The notes below the pieces were generated by a model. That model saw only the letters and a list, made by a program, of their open reading frames with translations, did not search any database and was not told the DNA's origin. Positions 59,169 to 64,000 of a stretch of DNA of 64,000 nucleotides are shown piece after piece. The stretch comes from Lama guanicoe (lineage: Eukaryota), in the NCBI GenBank assembly GCA_013239625.1, contig MU054187.1, positions 10,003,231 through 10,067,230 of the forward strand, read 5' to 3'. The position numbers and the translations under genes were made by a program. The first letter of the stretch is position 1. Each line of letters begins with the position of its first letter.

Positions 59169-61729
59169 CTAAAATATAAAAAAGAAGGCACAATATATGG
59201 ACACGTTTAGCATGATGATGATAACAGGTTATTTCAAAGAAATTTTCTATCCCACGCAATTTCACAAACCTTTCAATGGAGAGGAACCGAAAACTCTATA
59301 ACATAAAAATCAAGTATAGTACATGAAAAAGCTTAGCCAGTAATAATGGGCAGCCACGGATGCTCCCTTCCACCACCTAACTTCATGAACTTGTTAAATG
59401 GAAAAACCACCACTCACACATATTTAACATCAACCTACTATTTCTTTGGAAGAGAAAAAAATTTTTTAAAGATTTATGCCTTGGTCTTTTCTTTCACAAG
59501 TATATTTCACTTTTTAGAAATCATCAAGAATTTCTCAGATTAAAGACCATATTTAATATAAAATGATTCCAAAGTACTTTTTCCTAGTTATGCTGCTTAA
59601 AAATCCTAAACACTAATATTTTTTTAAAGTTTTGGTGCATTAACAAGTTAAAGCATTGCTTCAAGCTTATTTTTTCAGTAACCATTTACAGCTCTCTGGA
59701 AAAAAATACATACAAAGAGGCTAAGTTTTAGAACACATATCTCTTAATAGCTTACCAATTTATTCTAAATATTTCTATGATGAAAAACTGGAAAACACAT
59801 TTCAGCTTAAATTTAAAAATTTTTTTCTGATCAATATTCTGTGTCATATTTCTAATCACCATCTAGAATTTTAATGATCAGATCTCACAAATATAATTTT
59901 TCTCCCATTGAGACAGGATTCTTAAGTCCAAAAGAACAAGGAGATTGATCCCAGGCAACTTTTCAAATACAGGACACGTTTAAATGTTCTAACAGTTGTT
60001 TCTTTTCTTGATTTATTCCAAACTGCACTCAGTCACTTTTATACCATACAGTAAATTTAACTGCTCTTGATTCTTACCTCAAAAATTTTATGGTTAAGTG
60101 TCAAGTAATTCAACAACCTAAGAAATTCTAGCAAGGAATATTTAATTTTATGTAAATTGGAATTACAAAAAGTACTGCCATCTTTGAAATGAAACTGGAA
60201 CCAATTAATACCATGGCTCATTAATAAACAATCACGTTTCCAAGATGGCTATGCCTCTTAATCTAAGAATACATATGTGCAGCTAATATAGTATTACCCA
60301 CCCCTTTCCCCCCCCAAAAAGCTTAGATAAATCAAGGTAGAAAGAATGAGAGCTAAGACTCTAGGAATAGCTACAGGAAAATACGGACTGGGCCAAGTAT
60401 TCCCCCTTCATGCTGGGGCGTTTCAAGGCTTATACATTACTACTACTTCCTACTATAGCTCACATTTATCACCCCTTTTACTTAATTCCAATAGTAACTA
60501 AAACCTGCAGCCTATCATTCTTTAACACATGACTTTTATTCTAACTATGTTTTGTCTTTGTATCTCCAGCATTTAACAAAATGCCTTGCTAATATGGGCT
60601 CAAAATAATTAATGGATTTATTCATGCACTCATCTAAACATTAAGCATCTACTAAATATAAGATATTAATCAATGAAGAAATGATCAAATGATTGTCTTA
60701 TAACACAACAAAGTATACTTTTGATAGGCAAAAGAAGCTGGAAATTTGAGGTCTGCAGTTTTTCATGGGGTAGTTTCAAACTATGATTCAAGCTTACAGA
60801 ATATTTCCTGGATTGTCATCTTTGCAAGGTCATAAAATATAAACAGATGCAAAGACAAAAAAAATTATATAACTAAAAACTCATTGATTTTGGCAAAAAG
60901 TCATTCAAGATAGAAAACCATATAATTTTGGAAAAGGGACAGTTTCTAGGGGTAGGAAATTTGATCTCTTTCAGAATTCAGTTCCAATGTTTAATGACTC
61001 TGACAGTCTAAAAAGACCTTCTTATGTTCAAACAAAATTTCCTAGTATCTGATTTAAGCTTGCTAATAAGTAGGAGGATAATTTACTCCTCCTCCTAAGA
61101 ATCTTTTGTTAATATTAATAATTGCAGCTCTCCAAAATGCACTTATTTTTCAGAGCTAAATGAACCCCTCCCCACCACTACAGTACTCCTCAAATCTCAT
61201 ATAATTCCTTTTCATCTTTGGCATGCTAAAGAATTCCCCCTTCTCTGTTTCTAGCAGTTTTTTAAGTCACAGTTTTTATATTTGATCTGGGAAAACTAAA
61301 CATCTGAGGTTTTTAAGGTCAATAACATTTTTAAATCATGGCAAAAATAGCCTTCAGCACTAAAATCAAATTCTTATTTTTTTCTTCAAGTAGGTCTTCA
61401 TCAATTCCAAATAGAGATGTCAAGATTGTCATATTTTTTCCCTCATAATGAAAATAAGAAATTGAAAAAAATTTTAATATATTCTTATAAAACATACAGG
61501 GCATAATCAAGTTTACACTGTAATCTGAACAACCTTAATCCTTTTTCTGTAGAGTTTGTATTTTCAAAATACAGAAAAATCAATGAATTATATGTTTGAT
61601 TCAAGATATGGGTCTACAAAGATTTTAGTTTTTGGCTTCTGGGCCTAAATTCTCACTGAATCAATACAATGTAACAAAATAGAACTATAGAAAATATAAC
61701 AAATGTGGTTTCTGAAAGCTTACAAAATT

Positions 61730-61960
61730 TTTATTGTAACTGTCTCCAGTCTTCCCTCTCAGTTGACACTGAGAAACTGAAATGCTCTATACTTTTTAAA
61801 ATGAATTTCCACCTATTTCAATATCCCTTTCTCAGGCCTTCTCCAAGGTTTCTCTCTCTAGAAAGTTCTCCTAAAATTGACATGCTATATAATACATCTC
61901 GTGCAACATCAGAGGGGCAGACCTCTCTAATAACTCCCAAACTCAATCTTAAGCAGGAGT
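61730..61960 (+). mobile_element. L2 fragment
   Basis: cctctcagttgacactg, ctctaataactcccaaactc. Confidence 0.4.
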
Positions 61961-62074
61961 TAGTTGCACTGTAATCATTTAAATTGAAAGATACTTGAAA
62001 ATTTATGACTTAAATTGGCACTTCTCTACAGTTAAAACTAATATACTTGATGGGAATCATACAAGTGATTCCTA

Positions 62075-62170
62075 TTTTTTTCCCTTTCCCTTAAGGGAGG
62101 CATTGGGGATTGAAACCAGGCCCTCACACATGCCAAGGGCATGTTCTACCACTGAGCTATATCCCCCATC
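62075..62170 (-). mobile_element. tRNA-Ala-derived SINE (vic-1-like, short and older)
   Basis: Reverse strand ggggatatagctcagtggtagaacatgcccttggcatg...ggtttcaatccccaatgcc; diverged TSD aagtgattccta / aagcgactcta. Confidence 0.75.
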
Positions 62171-62671
62171 CTAAGCGACTCTAATCTTGAAGTATTTCCT
62201 TCTCCCCATGGGAGAAAGTTATATTAGGGCATTTTCAGACCTTAATGAATATGCTATTATCTTTCACAGATTTACTTTTAAGATTTACTTCTCTTAGGTT
62301 TTATTAACTTTCAACTCTCAACTGGTAGCTTTCAGAAGCCTAGCATTAGGCTACGTGTAACAGGAGTACATTAGTTCCAATGTTACTTACTATGTGGAAA
62401 TAATAATTCATTCAATCATTCAAAACTTGGTGAAGACCTACTATGTACCAGGCACAATTCTCTAATGCTATTGATGTGCTTTGGGAAATAGTGTAAGGTA
62501 TCTATTTAATACTTTTGAAACTTTTTTAATATATTGTTTTTTTAAAGTAAAATATGTTTTTGAAGGTCCTAAAAGACAAAATGAACAAAAGAAAATCCAA
62601 GGACTATCTTACAGTACGTAAATTTCAAGCTTAAAAAACTGCATTTGTCAGGCAGAGCAGCTGAGGACTTA

Positions 62672-62806
<135 letters not shown>

Positions 62807-63760
62807 CTAAACAAGTGAACATACCACATAAATAAAGACACTTGCCAGTGCAAAATCATTTCAGCCTTTCATATATTTTATTCAATTTAGTAATATGTGG
62901 CGTTCTATTAAAAGGGAGACCAGGTGAGAAATCCACCACATTTGTTTTCCGTTATTGTGACATACCACTCCCATCCCCAACAATAAATACCTTGAAAATG
63001 TATTCTTTTAAAATATTTTATTTCCTCTTTGCCACCCAACTCTTAAAATTTACCCAGTTCATACTATTACTAACAAAAACCTGCAAATCATGCCCTGACA
63101 AGATACCCCGTCCATGGCTTAACCTATGCTTTCCACTGTCACTGGTGTGTTTTATGCCTTTGTCCTACTGTATTTTTCATCTACTCTTGTGCAGATAGAC
63201 ATAAGACAATAGAGACTGTCAAAGCCATGTTCAAAAGTTGTCAACTGATCAATGTCAACAAGCCAAGAATACTAACCCCTATGTATGGGAAGAGATTTAG
63301 GGTAGGATTCCCTTATTTAAAAAGATAAGGAAAAAAGACAAAAAAACATAAGGTAGGAAGGATGAGGAGGACCTATCACCGCCATAGTATGGATTTCGTT
63401 GCAGCTCTGAACAAAGATAACATGAAGGTCTCTAGATTTTTACAAGTTCTTTCTCCTCCTAGTACACTAGAACGATCCTATAAATATGTGACAAGGATGT
63501 TCTTTTTTAAACATAATGTCAATGGTTGGAGGGTTGCAGGGAAGATGTAAAAACATGTGAGACATACCTTAGAGTTGGAAATTTAGTTATCAGTATTTTA
63601 AGGGAATAAACTACTCTGATTTATATCAATTTAAAAAAAAAAACCTAAGTTTTTATTTCCCCAAACTGAAATCAGCCAGTATTATCAACTGGATATATTC
63701 ACCACAAGGTGCTGGTAGCTTATCAGTTTATAAGATTAAGAGGACATTTTCCCTTCTTTA

Positions 63761-63979
<219 letters not shown>

Positions 63980-64000
63980 TTAACCAAGTGCACTGAAAAA

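Noticed and set aside
61071..61097. Small inverted repeat taggagga...tcctccta
   Set aside because: An 8-bp stem is expected by chance in 64 kb

Overview
Mammalian genomic DNA, probably camelid (three tRNA-Ala-like vic-1-type SINEs), holding two convergent, well-known genes. On the + strand are the last four coding exons and short 3' UTR of CSPP1 (531-8971). On the - strand are 32 consecutive coding exons of ARFGEF1/BIG1 (63939 down to the stop at 11733; exons 8-39 in human numbering) and a ~1.27-kb 3' UTR ending near AATAAA at 10477-10482. I spliced both genes by hand. All introns are GT-AG and all phases match. The 4523 nt of ARFGEF1 CDS put the NLS (K711-K714), the Sec7 glutamate finger (E793) and the PKA site (S883) at their human positions, so the gene looks intact. 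Introns carry ordinary L1, L2, MIR, MaLR, Tigger and hAT remnants; their family names are from recalled consensus sequences and their boundaries are approximate. I see no convincing new biological system. The best leads are modest: a candidate antisense, in-frame alternative terminal exon for ARFGEF1 overlapping a CSPP1 exon; sharp exon-to-exon GC3 mosaicism suggesting local GC-biased gene conversion; a miR-192/215 site fused to the ARFGEF1 poly(A) signal; a possible bidirectional poly(A) site; an LTR element with mismatched LTR types; and an N-to-T change in the Sec7 FN.KP motif.
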